This document shows, in pieces, positions 29,989-41,092 of a DNA stretch of 64,000 bases (position 1 is its first letter; each line of letters begins with the position of its first letter). Made by a program: the position numbers and the translations under genes. Below the pieces are notes generated by a model. That model was given only the letters and a program-made list of their open reading frames with translations. It was not told the DNA's origin and ran no database searches. This stretch comes from an uncultured Clostridium sp. GTDB taxonomy: Bacteria > Bacillota > Clostridia > TANB77 > CAG-508. Where the stretch lies: assembly GCA_946548575.1 (NCBI GenBank), contig CAMNPT010000001.1, positions 48,282-112,281 of the forward strand, read 5' to 3'.

Positions 29989-32292
29989 CTAGTTTATTTC
30001 TGTATCAAATTCAAAAACTGAAATTGTTTTTATATTTACTTTTGAAAAATCATCTTTTTCATCTTCAAATTGTAATATTTTAAAACTATCTTTGTTATTA
30101 ATTTTTAATTCTAATTTAGATGTATCTACCAATATTTTCGAAGATAAATCTTGTCCTACTGGTAGTGTTTTATTTTGGTTATCATAAAAAATACAGTTTG
30201 TATAACTTATTGCATTTGAACCTTCTTTTAGATTAATTTTATAGAAATTAATTTTATTTGAATCTCCTAATAATATCTGTTCTAATTCTTTTTCAGGATT
30301 AATATCAAATATATTAATTTCTCTATCATCAATTTTGTCATCAGAAAATGCTTTATATACAGGTAAGCTTTCTGGTATAACAACTTTTGTTAGTGCTTTT
30401 TTTGTATCTGATATAACCTTTTCTAGTGATAATTTAAATCCAAGTTGTTTAGTGCTTTTATTAATTTCTAATATATTAAATTTATCTTTAGCTAATTCTC
30501 TGTGTTTTTTATTTTTTATTTTTGATACTTTTGTACTATCTTGAATTATTCCTCCAAATATATCAAATTCTTCATTTTCTGTTAATGTTTTTGCTTCTAT
30601 AGCTTCTTTTTTTAATTCTTTCAAACTATTATCTATATCTTTTTTTAGAAAATCATTAATTTTAATTTTATTTATTAAATCTAAAAGAGTTGTTGATGTT
30701 ATATAAATACTATCAGTTTCATCTTTACTTAAAACTTTTCTTTGTATTTTATCCATTGTAATTCCAAATTTTTCAAAATCATCTTCATAATTAAAAACTT
30801 TTTCAATTTTCTTTATTATATTAACTTCTTCAACTTCTCCCTCTGGTAAAGTTTTCATTTCATCTTTATTACTATATTTCCAAAATTCAAAAATACTTTT
30901 TTTATGGCTATCGATTTCATCAATAAAAGAAGTAGCATTTTCAATTTTCTTTTGCATATTTTTATTTTTTAATTTTAAGCTGTTTAAATCCATAAATATA
31001 TTTTTTAATTTATTTTCTTTTTCTTCTATTTCTTTATACAACTCTATTAATTCTTCTAAATTATAATTTGATTTTTTCTTTCTTTTTTGAGGTAATTCTT
31101 CATAGTCTTCAGAATTTGAGTTATCAATTATTTCTTCTTTATTTTTTATTTCATTTTTTAATTTATTTTTGTTATTTTTCTTGCTGTATTTAAAGTAATA
31201 TTTAAATTTACCAAAAAAAGTTTTTTTACATTCTAAAAAAGTTGATATTTGTTTTTCCTTAGCTAAATATTCTATTTCTTGTTCTGCTATTTCAATTTTT
31301 AATGTTTCTAATCTCTTTTTATTTTCCTCTATTAATTCATTTGCAACTTCTAATTTTTTTTCTCCTATTTGATATTGTTCATTTAACCAATTAGCAATGT
31401 CTACATATTGAATTTTTTTATTTTCTAAGTAAAATTCTATACTTGCAGACTTATTTATATCTGTTTTAAATTCAAAATAATGTGGTAGCTCTGTTTGTAA
31501 AATAAACATTGCTTTTAGTAATTTATAAAAACTCTGAGCATCTTCTTTATTTTTTAATTCAACCTTATAGTAGCTTTTTATTTTCTGATAAACTTCTGTT
31601 TCTCCTACAATACATATACTTAAATTGTTTTTTTTGTCATAAACTTCATATATTGATGGCCAATCTTTAGTAAATAACCATAGATAATTTTCTATATCTT
31701 CATATTCTGATTTTGATAAATATTCATTACTAAATTCAGCATTTCTAACTGGAACAAATATTTTAGATGATCTACCTTTTTCTATTTGTTTTTTTAATAA
31801 GTAAAAAAATGTTGAATAATCTGAATCTTCTGTTGGAACCAACATAAAATATTCATCTGTAATATCTGAATAATATATTTGCCATAAAAAATTATTTTCA
31901 TATTTTATTTTAAATGGTATCTTTTTATTTAACTTTTCTTGTTCTTCTTCTACCTTTTCAATTTCTTCTATTTTTATCTGTTTTAGCATATTTAAAAAGG
32001 TTGTATAATTTAAAATATTTTCTTCTTTTTTATTATCTAGATAATCAGACAATGGTTTGGATTTTTTGTATTTTTCTTCAATATCATCTAGTCTGTTTGT
32101 TGGAGATAATAATATTTTTATATCTTTTACTGATAAATATCTATATTGTCTATATTGTTTATCATCATAAGTTTTAGTTGCTCTAAATTCTAAGGAGGTT
32201 TGTTTTTTTAGTTCTTTTGGAATATTATTTAAATCTAAACCTAAATATTCTAACTTTTCTTCCATATTTTCATTTACTGATTTTTTAAGCAA
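29989..32292 (-). CDS. large hypothetical protein (767 aa), K/E-rich with coiled-coil segments
   Basis: uninterrupted ORF, no recognisable catalytic motif; adjacent to tRNA-Leu. Confidence 0.5.
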   Translation of the reverse strand: MLKKSVNENMEEKLEYLGLDLNNIPKELKKQTSLEFRATKTYDDKQYRQYRYLSVKDIKILLSPTNRLDDIEEKYKKSKPLSDYLDNKKEENILNYTTFLNMLKQIKIEEIEKVEEEQEKLNKKIPFKIKYENNFLWQIYYSDITDEYFMLVPTEDSDYSTFFYLLKKQIEKGRSSKIFVPVRNAEFSNEYLSKSEYEDIENYLWLFTKDWPSIYEVYDKKNNLSICIVGETEVYQKIKSYYKVELKNKEDAQSFYKLLKAMFILQTELPHYFEFKTDINKSASIEFYLENKKIQYVDIANWLNEQYQIGEKKLEVANELIEENKKRLETLKIEIAEQEIEYLAKEKQISTFLECKKTFFGKFKYYFKYSKKNNKNKLKNEIKNKEEIIDNSNSEDYEELPQKRKKKSNYNLEELIELYKEIEEKENKLKNIFMDLNSLKLKNKNMQKKIENATSFIDEIDSHKKSIFEFWKYSNKDEMKTLPEGEVEEVNIIKKIEKVFNYEDDFEKFGITMDKIQRKVLSKDETDSIYITSTTLLDLINKIKINDFLKKDIDNSLKELKKEAIEAKTLTENEEFDIFGGIIQDSTKVSKIKNKKHRELAKDKFNILEINKSTKQLGFKLSLEKVISDTKKALTKVVIPESLPVYKAFSDDKIDDREINIFDINPEKELEQILLGDSNKINFYKINLKEGSNAISYTNCIFYDNQNKTLPVGQDLSSKILVDTSKLELKINNKDSFKILQFEDEKDDFSKVNIKTISVFEFDTEIN

Positions 32293-32307
32293 AGTAGTTA
32301 CTCCCTT

Positions 32308-33237
32308 CTATTTTATTATTTCATAGAAATTCTTAAATTCATATCCTTTTTCTTTAAGTAAATCAATTATTTGTAGCAAACTATCAGCAGTAACACTTTT
32401 TGCTGGTGCGTCATGCATTAATACCACAATACTATTTTTGTTTTCTGATGTTTCATTAATTCTTTGCAATTCAAATTCAACAGAAAGATCATTAGTTTCT
32501 GCATCACCTGATAAACAGTTCCAATCTACTGTTACTATTTCATTTTGACTAAGTAAGTCTTTAGCTTGTTTTTTTACATCAGCATATTTTCCACCTGGTA
32601 AACCTCCAGGATATCTAAATAAGTGAGCATTATATTCATTTATTCCTAATGCTTGTCTTATTTTTTCCATACTTAAATTATATTCATCTAACACAGCTTG
32701 TGGTGATGAATATATTTGTGAATATACATGAGAATAACCATGACTTGCTATAAAATGGCCTTCTTCATAAATTCTTTTCACCATTTCTGGTCTTGATTCT
32801 ACCATAGAACCCAAAACAAAAAATGTTGCTTTTACATTTTTTTCTTTTAATATATCTAATATTCTAGGTGTAACAGATGATGGACCATCATCAAAAGTCA
32901 AAAATGCTCTTTTTGTTTCTGATTTATAAATATTTTCTATGTTTTTTCTACCCTCATCTGTTAATTTTGGCAATTTTGCCAATCTTTCTTCTTCAGCTTT
33001 TTTTTCTTGTTCTTCTTTTATTTTCTCTTTCTCTATTTTTTGCTGTTCCAATGCTTGTAATTGTGATTCATATTGTTTATATACTTTATATTCTTTTATT
33101 GTTTTATTAATGTTGTTTTTGATTATAATAGCGCATATGAGTGCTATAATAATAATTATTATTATAAATATCTTCTGTTTATCAATTTTAGCTTTTGTAT
33201 TAAATCTATAGATATCTATTTGATCATTATCCCCCAT
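32308..33237 (-). CDS. polysaccharide deacetylase (NodB/CE4 family) with N-terminal TM anchor
   Basis: NodB motifs FLTFDDGP, HGYSHV; 309 aa. Confidence 0.8.
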   Translation of the reverse strand: MGDNDQIDIYRFNTKAKIDKQKIFIIIIIIIALICAIIIKNNINKTIKEYKVYKQYESQLQALEQQKIEKEKIKEEQEKKAEEERLAKLPKLTDEGRKNIENIYKSETKRAFLTFDDGPSSVTPRILDILKEKNVKATFFVLGSMVESRPEMVKRIYEEGHFIASHGYSHVYSQIYSSPQAVLDEYNLSMEKIRQALGINEYNAHLFRYPGGLPGGKYADVKKQAKDLLSQNEIVTVDWNCLSGDAETNDLSVEFELQRINETSENKNSIVVLMHDAPAKSVTADSLLQIIDLLKEKGYEFKNFYEIIK

Positions 33238-33309
33238 AACTTCGCTTCCTTTAATTCTACATATATTTCTTCGACTATATTATACAACATTTTTCATATA
33301 TTGCCAAGA

Positions 33310-34887
33310 TTATTTTTTCATTAGATTTTTTATATATTCAATTTCTTCCTCTACATTTAATCTCATAAATATAGGTTCACCTTTTTCAATTACCTTAACA
33401 TTACTAATCTTGTTATATTCTTTAATCAATTCCCATGTTTTTAAATTCTCATCTTTAATTCCAAGTTGTCTAAATATGTTTTCTGCTGTATCATTCATAA
33501 ATGGTTTAATTAAAATTGCTATTTTTCTTAAATTTTCTGTTAAATGATATATACAAGATTCCAATTTTTCTTTATTTTCCTCATTTTTTGCTAAAGCCCA
33601 TGGCATTGTTTCATCTATATATTTATTAGTTCTTGAAATCAACATCCATATTTCTTGCAATGCATTTGATATTTCATATTCTTTCATCTTTTCTTCAAAG
33701 TTTTTAATCTCTACATTTGTAAAGTCTTCCAACTCTTTGTCAATTTCATTCGGTGTTCCATTATAAAGTGGAACATTACCATCAAAATATTTATTTATCA
33801 TAGATATAGTTCTATTTAAAAGATTGCTTAAATCATTACATAAATCAAAATTATATCTTTCAACAAATTCCTCTGGTGTAAATAAACCATCCTGTGATAC
33901 GGGAACTTCTTTTAATAAAAAATATCTTGTTGCATCTAAACCATATCTATCAATTAAAGTTTCAGGATAAATTACATTTCCTTTAGATTTAGACATTTTT
34001 CCATCTTTCATCATAATCCAGTTATGAACTAATATTGTTTTTGGCAAAGGTAAATCTAATGCCATTAAGAATATTGGCCAATAAATCAAATGAAATCTTG
34101 CTATATCTTTACCAACCACTTGTAAATCTGCAGGCCAATACTTTTTGAATTTAGAATCATCTTCTGACATATATCCAAGAGCTGTTAAATAATTTGTTAA
34201 AGCATCAACCCATACATATATAACATGTTTAGGATCTTTTAAAACTTTTATTCCCCAATCAAAAGATGTTCTTGTTACACATAAATCCTCTAATCCTGGT
34301 TTTATAAAATTATTTATCATTTCATTTTTTCTATATGCAGGTTTTATAAAATCTGGATGTTCATCATAATATTTTAATAATCTATCAGCATATTTTTTCA
34401 TATTAAAGAAATATGCTTCTTCTTTCATCAATCTTACTTCTCTTCCACAATCAGGACATTTTTTATCTACTAATTGTGTTTCTGTAAAAAAAGTTTCACA
34501 AGGTACACAGTACCATCCTTCATATTCCCCTTTATATATATCTCCCTGTTCCATAAATTTATTAAATATTTTTTGAACTATTTTTTCGTGTCTCTCTTCT
34601 GTTGTTTGAATAAAATCATCATACTTAATATCCATTTTACTCCATAAATCTTTAGCGATTTTAGCTATTTCATCTACATATTCTTTCGGGCTTTTACCAA
34701 CCTCTTCAGCTTTTTCCTGAATTTTTTGTCCATGTTCATCGGTTCCTGTTAAAAGATACGTATCTTCTCCTTTTAAACCATGGTATCTTTTTATGCTATC
34801 TGCCAAAACCTCTGTATATGCAGTACCTATATGATATCTTCCACTTGGATAATAAATTGGGGTTGTTATATAAAATTTTTTGCACAT
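33310..34887 (-). CDS. metG: methionine--tRNA ligase (short form)
   Basis: class I HIGH ([11 protein letters not shown]) and KMSKS motifs, zinc knuckle CPDCG; 525 aa. Confidence 0.9.
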   Translation of the reverse strand: MCKKFYITTPIYYPSGRYHIGTAYTEVLADSIKRYHGLKGEDTYLLTGTDEHGQKIQEKAEEVGKSPKEYVDEIAKIAKDLWSKMDIKYDDFIQTTEERHEKIVQKIFNKFMEQGDIYKGEYEGWYCVPCETFFTETQLVDKKCPDCGREVRLMKEEAYFFNMKKYADRLLKYYDEHPDFIKPAYRKNEMINNFIKPGLEDLCVTRTSFDWGIKVLKDPKHVIYVWVDALTNYLTALGYMSEDDSKFKKYWPADLQVVGKDIARFHLIYWPIFLMALDLPLPKTILVHNWIMMKDGKMSKSKGNVIYPETLIDRYGLDATRYFLLKEVPVSQDGLFTPEEFVERYNFDLCNDLSNLLNRTISMINKYFDGNVPLYNGTPNEIDKELEDFTNVEIKNFEEKMKEYEISNALQEIWMLISRTNKYIDETMPWALAKNEENKEKLESCIYHLTENLRKIAILIKPFMNDTAENIFRQLGIKDENLKTWELIKEYNKISNVKVIEKGEPIFMRLNVEEEIEYIKNLMKK

Positions 34888-34905
34888 TTTTTATTTTCTC
34901 CTTTC

Positions 34906-34966
34906 TTCAACCAAAAGGTCCGTCCCTCTGGTTTTTTCAACCAAAGGGACGGACCTTTTGGTTGAA
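34906..34966. repeat. 21 bp perfect inverted repeat (TTCAACCAAAAGGTCCGTCCC...GGGACGGACCTTTTGGTTGAA) with 19 nt loop, between the P-type ATPase 3' end and the metG RBS
   Basis: read directly; GC-rich stem; loop repeats TTCAACCAAA. Confidence 0.7.
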
Positions 34967-34976
34967 CCTTTTATTT

Positions 34977-37682
34977 TTAATTTATCTTAAATATCTTAAA
35001 TGTTTCTACAATTACAATTGGTGCTAATATTAAACAAATTAGTTCTATAATATTTTGTGTTGGTAATATTGGTATACTAAATATAGTTCTTAATGTTGGT
35101 ATCGCTAATATTATAAACACAAGGACTGCTGATATTGCAATTGCTCCTACCAATTTCATATTGTTAAATACTTTGGTTTTAAATATAGATTTTTTATTAT
35201 TTCTTACATTAAATATATGAACTAATTCTGAAAGTGCTAGTGTTATAAATGCCATTGTTCTTCCTACTTCTATTTTTGATTCATCAAGAGTTAAACCATT
35301 TATGGCTTCGTTTGTTGTTGCTAATCCTATTACAAATGCAGATAATGTAAGTAGTCCTATCATAAAGCCTTGATATACAACTCTCCAAGTCATTTCTTTT
35401 GTAAATACACCTTGAGTCGATTTAATTGGTTTTCTTTTCATTATATCTTCATTTGCTGGATCAAATGCTAATGCTAGTGCAGGTAAAGAGTCTGTAACTA
35501 AATTTATCCACAATATATGTATTGGTAGTAATATTTCTAAGTGTGTTGTATCTGTAATTCCAAACCATTTAGCAAATAATGGTGATAGTAAGGTGGCTAA
35601 AAATAAAACAACTACCTCTCCTACATTACTTGATAACAAAAATTGTATTGCTTTTAATATATTGTCATATATTCTTCTTCCCTCTTCGACTGCTGATACA
35701 ATTGTTGCAAAATTATCATCTGTTAAAATAACATCTGCAGCTTCTTTTGCAACATCAGTTCCTACTATTCCCATTGCACATCCTATATCTGCAGTTTTTA
35801 GTGCTGGGCTATCATTTACTCCATCTCCGGTCATTGCTACAACTTCACCATTTTTTTGCCATGCTCTCACAATTCGAACTTTGTGCTCTGGAGATACTCT
35901 AGCATATACTGAATATTTTCTAACATTTTTTTCTAATTCTTCATCAGTCATTTGTTCTAATTCTAATCCTGTTATTGCTTCTTCATCTTTTTCCAATATT
36001 CCGAGTTTCTTTGCAATGGCTGTTGCAGTCACTTTATGATCTCCTGTAATCATAACTGTTTTTATTCCTGCAGTTTTACATTTTTCTACTGCTTTTTTTG
36101 CTTCTTCTCTTGCTGGATCTATCATTCCTACCATACCAATAAATATTAGGTCTTCTTCGATTTTTTTCATTTCCATATTATTTGGTATATGATCCATTTC
36201 TTTATATGCACAAGCTAGTACTCTTAATGCTTCTTGTGCCATTAATTCATTTTCTTGTTTGATTTTCTTTTTATAATCTTCTAAATCTGTTTTTATATTT
36301 CCATTTATTTGATATGAATTACATCTCACAAGTAATTCATCTATTCCACCTTTTGTGTATACTATATATTTTTCTCCAACTTTATTTACAGTTGTCATTA
36401 ATTTTCTATCTGAATCAAAAGGAATTTCTTGTTCTCGTGGCCATCTATCATATATTGATGGATCAAAGTCTAATTTGAATGCCATGTCTACCAAAGCTGT
36501 TTCTGTTGGGTCACCAGTTAATTCTCCATTATTTGAAATTTTTGTGTCATTACATAACATATTTGCATAGACTAATTTTTTTAATTCTTCATCTATATCA
36601 TTTTCTGATATTTTTGTTAAATCTTTCACATTATTATTCCAGAATATTTTTTCTACAGTCATTTTATTTTGAGTAAGTGTTCCTGTTTTGTCTGAACAAA
36701 TAACTGTACTGCTTCCTAATGTTTCAACAGCTGGTAATCTTTTTACAATAGCGTTTTTCTTTACCATCTTTTGAACACCAATAGCTAAAACTATTGTTGA
36801 TACAGCTACTAATCCTTCTGGTATAGCTGCAACAGCTAAACTTACAGCAGTCATAAACATATTCATTGGTTCTTTACCTTGAATTAATCCAATAATAAAT
36901 ATAAATGCACAAATTGCTAAAGCAACAATTCCAAGTGTTTTTCCTAATTTATTTAATCTATCTTGAAGAGGTGTTATTTGTTCTTCAACATTTTCTAGCA
37001 TTCCTGCTATTTTTCCTACTTCTGTTTCCATTCCAGTTTCAACAACAATGCCTTTTCCTCTACCATAAGTAACTAAGCTAGAAGAAAATAACATATTTGT
37101 TCTGTCACCTAAACTTATTTCAGTATCATCAATTTTTTCTATAAACTTTTCAACAGGAACAGATTCACCTGTTAGAGATGCTTCTTGTGATTTTAAATTA
37201 ACTGCTTCTATAATTCTTAAATCTGCTGGTATATAATCTCCTGTATCTAAAACAACTATATCCCCTGGTACTAGCTCTTTTGCAGGAACCACTATAAGTG
37301 TACCCCCTCTAATAACTTTTGATGCATGGTCTGTTAATTTTTTTAATGCTTCTAATGATTTTTCTGCTTTTGCTTCTTGAGTTACGCCTATAATTGCATT
37401 AACAATTATAACAATTAATATGATAATTGTATCTGTAATTCCTTCTCCTTCTGATACCCCTACTACTCCAGAAACTATTGCTGCAATTATCAAAACTATG
37501 ATAGAAAAATCCTTAAACTGTTCTAAAAACTTAATTATTAAAGATTTCTTCTTTTTAGTTTTCAATTCATTAAAACCAACCTTTTCTTGTCTTTTTTTGA
37601 TTTCTTCTGTACTTAGTCCATTTGATATATTTGTTTCTAATTCATTTTCAACCTCTTCTATACTATAATTAAACCAATTCAT
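34977..37682 (-). CDS. P-type cation-transporting ATPase (P2-type, Ca2+ pump-like)
   Basis: DKTGTLT phosphorylation site, TGDGVNDSPALK, 10 TM architecture; 901 aa. Confidence 0.85.
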   Translation of the reverse strand: MNWFNYSIEEVENELETNISNGLSTEEIKKRQEKVGFNELKTKKKKSLIIKFLEQFKDFSIIVLIIAAIVSGVVGVSEGEGITDTIIILIVIIVNAIIGVTQEAKAEKSLEALKKLTDHASKVIRGGTLIVVPAKELVPGDIVVLDTGDYIPADLRIIEAVNLKSQEASLTGESVPVEKFIEKIDDTEISLGDRTNMLFSSSLVTYGRGKGIVVETGMETEVGKIAGMLENVEEQITPLQDRLNKLGKTLGIVALAICAFIFIIGLIQGKEPMNMFMTAVSLAVAAIPEGLVAVSTIVLAIGVQKMVKKNAIVKRLPAVETLGSSTVICSDKTGTLTQNKMTVEKIFWNNNVKDLTKISENDIDEELKKLVYANMLCNDTKISNNGELTGDPTETALVDMAFKLDFDPSIYDRWPREQEIPFDSDRKLMTTVNKVGEKYIVYTKGGIDELLVRCNSYQINGNIKTDLEDYKKKIKQENELMAQEALRVLACAYKEMDHIPNNMEMKKIEEDLIFIGMVGMIDPAREEAKKAVEKCKTAGIKTVMITGDHKVTATAIAKKLGILEKDEEAITGLELEQMTDEELEKNVRKYSVYARVSPEHKVRIVRAWQKNGEVVAMTGDGVNDSPALKTADIGCAMGIVGTDVAKEAADVILTDDNFATIVSAVEEGRRIYDNILKAIQFLLSSNVGEVVVLFLATLLSPLFAKWFGITDTTHLEILLPIHILWINLVTDSLPALALAFDPANEDIMKRKPIKSTQGVFTKEMTWRVVYQGFMIGLLTLSAFVIGLATTNEAINGLTLDESKIEVGRTMAFITLALSELVHIFNVRNNKKSIFKTKVFNNMKLVGAIAISAVLVFIILAIPTLRTIFSIPILPTQNIIELICLILAPIVIVETFKIFKIN

Positions 37683-37814
37683 TTTATTTTACCTCCAATA
37701 TCATTTTAGTGACAAAATACTTTGTTATATTTTATCTATGTTTAAAATAAATCTTTATAATTTAAAAAAGACTTTTAAAAGAAACGGTTCTGTTCCTTTT
37801 TAAAGTCTTCATAT

Positions 37815-37889
37815 TGGTGACCCCTACGGGAATCGAACCCATGATTCCACCTTGAGAGGGTGGCGTCTTAACCGCTTGACCAAGGGGCC
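37815..37889 (-). tRNA. tRNA-Glu (anticodon CUC as read), CCA encoded
   Basis: GGCCCCTTGGTCAAGCGGTTAAGAC...anticodon stem CCACC/GGTGG with loop CUCUCAA...GGTTCGATTCC...GGGGTCACCA; terminator hairpin downstream. Confidence 0.75.
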
Positions 37890-37927
37890 AAATATATTAC
37901 TATATATTTATACCACTTTTTTATTAT

Positions 37928-38320
37928 TTAGTCAAGGTTTAACAACTCTTTTATTCTAGTATTTTGTTTTGTTAAATACAAATATCCAATTAATGCTTCA
38001 AATGCTGTTGCATACATATATGTTTGTACATCACAATTTTTAGGTAAATGATGATTTTCTGTATTTCTACCTCTTCTTACAATATCTTTTTCTTCTTGTG
38101 TTAGGTTATTTTGAATCTTTTTTAAAAGTTCTGCTTGTGCAGATGCTTTAACATATTTTATTGTCTCTATATGTAACTTATGAGGTTTGAGTTTTGTTTC
38201 ATTTATTAATTTTGTTCTTACATACAATTCATATACAGAATCTCCAACATAAGCCCATGTTAATGGTGACAACATATTTACTTCTTGTTCATTTTTTTCT
38301 ATATTTATAATATCTTCCAA
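37928..38320 (-). CDS. mrnC: Mini-ribonuclease 3 (Mini-III, YazC)
   Basis: RNase III-like signature PLTWAYVGDSVYELYVR; 130 aa. Confidence 0.8.
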   Translation of the reverse strand: MEDIINIEKNEQEVNMLSPLTWAYVGDSVYELYVRTKLINETKLKPHKLHIETIKYVKASAQAELLKKIQNNLTQEEKDIVRRGRNTENHHLPKNCDVQTYMYATAFEALIGYLYLTKQNTRIKELLNLD

Positions 38321-38321
38321 T

Positions 38322-39248
38322 TTATTCTCCTTTTTGCTCTATTGTAATTTTTCCTAATCTTCCATTTTTAAATTCATCTAGTATTATCCTTGCTGTTTTC
38401 TCTTCATCTATATTTCCACCTGATACTATGCATCCTCTTTTTCTTCCTATTTCAAGCATTATCTCATATATGTTAAAATTTTCTGGTTGTTCTTGATTTA
38501 GTGTTTGCTCAATATATTCTGGTGTTAAACCGTATCTTTCACAAATATTCTTTCTGTAATTTTCTAATAAAAATTTTAACAATTGATATGCTATTTCTGT
38601 TCTTTGTAATATATTTTCTTTTATGGTTCCTGTAAAAGCTAGATTTAAACCTACTTCTTCACTTTCAAACTTTGGCCATAATATTCCTGGTGTATCTAAT
38701 AATTCTATTTTCTCATTTATTCTTATCCATTGTTTTTGTTTTGTTACACCTGGTCTATTTCCAACTTCTGCTGTTGTTCTTTTTGAAATACGATTAATAA
38801 AAGATGATTTTCCTACATTTGGTATTCCAAGAACCATTGCTCTAATTTTTCTTCCTTTACGACCTTTATCTGATTGTTTTTGCATATCATCTTCCATTAT
38901 TTTTTCTATTTCTAAAATACATTTATCTATTCCTTTTCCAGAATTTGAATCTACTAAAACTGCTGATATTCCATGTTTATAGAAATAATCTATCCATTTT
39001 GAATTTTGTCTTTCATCTGCTAAATCACTTTTGTTTAATACAATTACTCTTTTTTTATTTTTAGTTAAATTTAATATATCTGGATTTCTGCTTGATATTG
39101 GTATTCTTGCGTCTAATAACTCTATTATAATATCTACTATTTTTAAATCTTGTTCTATTTGTCTTCTAGTTTTTGCCATATGTCCTGGATACCAGTTAAG
39201 GTTGATTTTGTGATAACCATTATCTTCAATTCTACTCATTTTTTTCAC
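38322..39248 (-). CDS. rbgA: ribosome biogenesis GTPase A (YlqF)
   Basis: circularly permuted GTPase: WYPGHMAK, LNKSDL, GIPNVGKSS, DTPG; 308 aa. Confidence 0.85.
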   Translation of the reverse strand: MKKMSRIEDNGYHKINLNWYPGHMAKTRRQIEQDLKIVDIIIELLDARIPISSRNPDILNLTKNKKRVIVLNKSDLADERQNSKWIDYFYKHGISAVLVDSNSGKGIDKCILEIEKIMEDDMQKQSDKGRKGRKIRAMVLGIPNVGKSSFINRISKRTTAEVGNRPGVTKQKQWIRINEKIELLDTPGILWPKFESEEVGLNLAFTGTIKENILQRTEIAYQLLKFLLENYRKNICERYGLTPEYIEQTLNQEQPENFNIYEIMLEIGRKRGCIVSGGNIDEEKTARIILDEFKNGRLGKITIEQKGE

Positions 39249-39255
39249 TTCCTAT

Positions 39256-39756
39256 CTATATTTCATAATAATATATGTTTTCAGGTAGACTTAATCTTTT
39301 ATATATTCCGTCTTTAATATATTTTCCACCAATATGTTTATAAAACTCATTAGATGGGTTTCCTTTAAGACATGCTATAATCATCTTGTCACATCTTAAT
39401 TCTTTTAGTTCTCTTATCGCTTCTTCTACTAATCGTCTTCCAAATCCATTTCCTTTATATTTTTTTATTATATATAAAGCAAAAATTTCTCCACAGTTTT
39501 TAAATTGTTCATCCTCAGATACTCCAAAATTCACAAATCCAACAACTTCATTATCTATTTCTAAAACAAATTGATGATTGTTATTTACATCAAATTTCTC
39601 ATATGAAATTTGAGCTCTTTCATTTTCATTATTTTTTAATTCTTCTAAAAACCAATCTGGAACAATACCCTTATATGTTTCATTCCAAGCTATTGTTACA
39701 ACATGAGCTACATCTTTGCAATCTTTCTGTTCTCTTTTTCTTATTAAATAGTTCAT
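39256..39756 (-). CDS. GNAT family N-acetyltransferase
   Basis: acetyl-CoA binding motif GNGFGRRLV; 166 aa. Confidence 0.7.
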   Translation of the reverse strand: MNYLIRKREQKDCKDVAHVVTIAWNETYKGIVPDWFLEELKNNENERAQISYEKFDVNNNHQFVLEIDNEVVGFVNFGVSEDEQFKNCGEIFALYIIKKYKGNGFGRRLVEEAIRELKELRCDKMIIACLKGNPSNEFYKHIGGKYIKDGIYKRLSLPENIYYYEI

Positions 39757-39768
39757 ATAACTTCTCCT

Positions 39769-41028
39769 TTACTTGAATTTTATATTTACTTCTCCGTTTT
39801 GAGATATGATTATACTATCTATGTTTTTTAATAAAATATCTCTTGTTAACGTATCAGTTTTACTTCTTTTAAATTTTCTATTTAATTCATTCAACACAAC
39901 TTCAGTTAATTTATCTTTTCTAATTGAATGGCTTGTACAAGAACCATTTCTTACATAAGATGTACAATGATAATATTCATAATTCTTTACTTTTCTTAAT
40001 GTAAATGAACTTCCACAATTTGCACACTTTAAAAAGCTATAAAATAAATCTTTTTCCTTATTATTTCTAGCAGCTTTATTTTTGTTTAGTATTTCTTGTA
40101 CTTGAGCAAACTTTTCTTTTGATATAATTGGCTTGTGATGATTTTCAGTTATTATCCATTCATCTTTATTTGTTGTAATTAGTTTATGAGTGCGATAATT
40201 TTCTACCTTCTTCTTTCCTTGAATTAAATCTCCTGTGTATACTCTATTTTGAAGTATTACATTAATCATTTTTACATTCCACTTTTTGTCTACTTGTATA
40301 TTGTTATTTTTTGTTTTATATAAAGCAGGTGTTAAAACATTTTTCTTATTTAATTCATTAGCGATTTCATTTGCTGTTTTTCCTTCTATTATATCATTAA
40401 ATATTTTAATAACATTCTTCGATGCTTCTTCATCTATTATTAATTTATGTTTATCTTTTGGATTTTTTAAATATCCATATGTAGCAAAAGTTCCAATAAA
40501 CTCTCCATTTAATCTTTTAGTTAGCAATGCACTTTTAACCTTTTTAGAAATATCTTTTGCATAGGCATCGTTTAATAAATTCTTAAAAGGAACAATAAGG
40601 TTGTCCATTGAATCCGGATTTTCAAAACTATCTATATTTTCTATTACTGATATAAATCTAATATTTAATGCAGGAAAGATATTTTCAAAATACATGTCCG
40701 CTTCTATGTGACTTCTTGCAAATCTAGATAAATCTTTTACAATTATACAATTAAACTTTTTATTTTTCATATCTTGTAATAGTCTTCTAAATCCTGGTCT
40801 ATTAAAATTAGTACCACTATACCCATCATCAATATAGTAATCTACTAATTGTAAATCACTTTTATTAACAATATATTGTTCTATTAATTCTCTTTGATTA
40901 ACTATACTATTTGATTCCATATTTTCATTATCTTCTTTTGACAATCTTAAATATGCTGCTACATTCCAATTTGATATTTTAATCACTCCTATAATTTTAA
41001 TATAAACATATAATGTCGTATACCTCAA
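39769..41028 (-). CDS. large serine recombinase (resolvase domain + recombinase domain + zinc ribbon)
   Basis: N-terminal catalytic region VAAYLRLSKEDNE...NQRELIEQY, resolvase core, C-terminal CANCGS...YYHCTSY zinc ribbon; start codon uncertain (probably a non-ATG start near 40975). Confidence 0.8.
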   Translation of the reverse strand: MRYTTLYVYIKIIGVIKISNWNVAAYLRLSKEDNENMESNSIVNQRELIEQYIVNKSDLQLVDYYIDDGYSGTNFNRPGFRRLLQDMKNKKFNCIIVKDLSRFARSHIEADMYFENIFPALNIRFISVIENIDSFENPDSMDNLIVPFKNLLNDAYAKDISKKVKSALLTKRLNGEFIGTFATYGYLKNPKDKHKLIIDEEASKNVIKIFNDIIEGKTANEIANELNKKNVLTPALYKTKNNNIQVDKKWNVKMINVILQNRVYTGDLIQGKKKVENYRTHKLITTNKDEWIITENHHKPIISKEKFAQVQEILNKNKAARNNKEKDLFYSFLKCANCGSSFTLRKVKNYEYYHCTSYVRNGSCTSHSIRKDKLTEVVLNELNRKFKRSKTDTLTRDILLKNIDSIIISQNGEVNIKFK

Positions 41029-41092
41029 TCAGCCTTAAACCTATAGTTTACTTTTTCAGTCATTATTCTAATAAAATGAGTAACTAATAATT

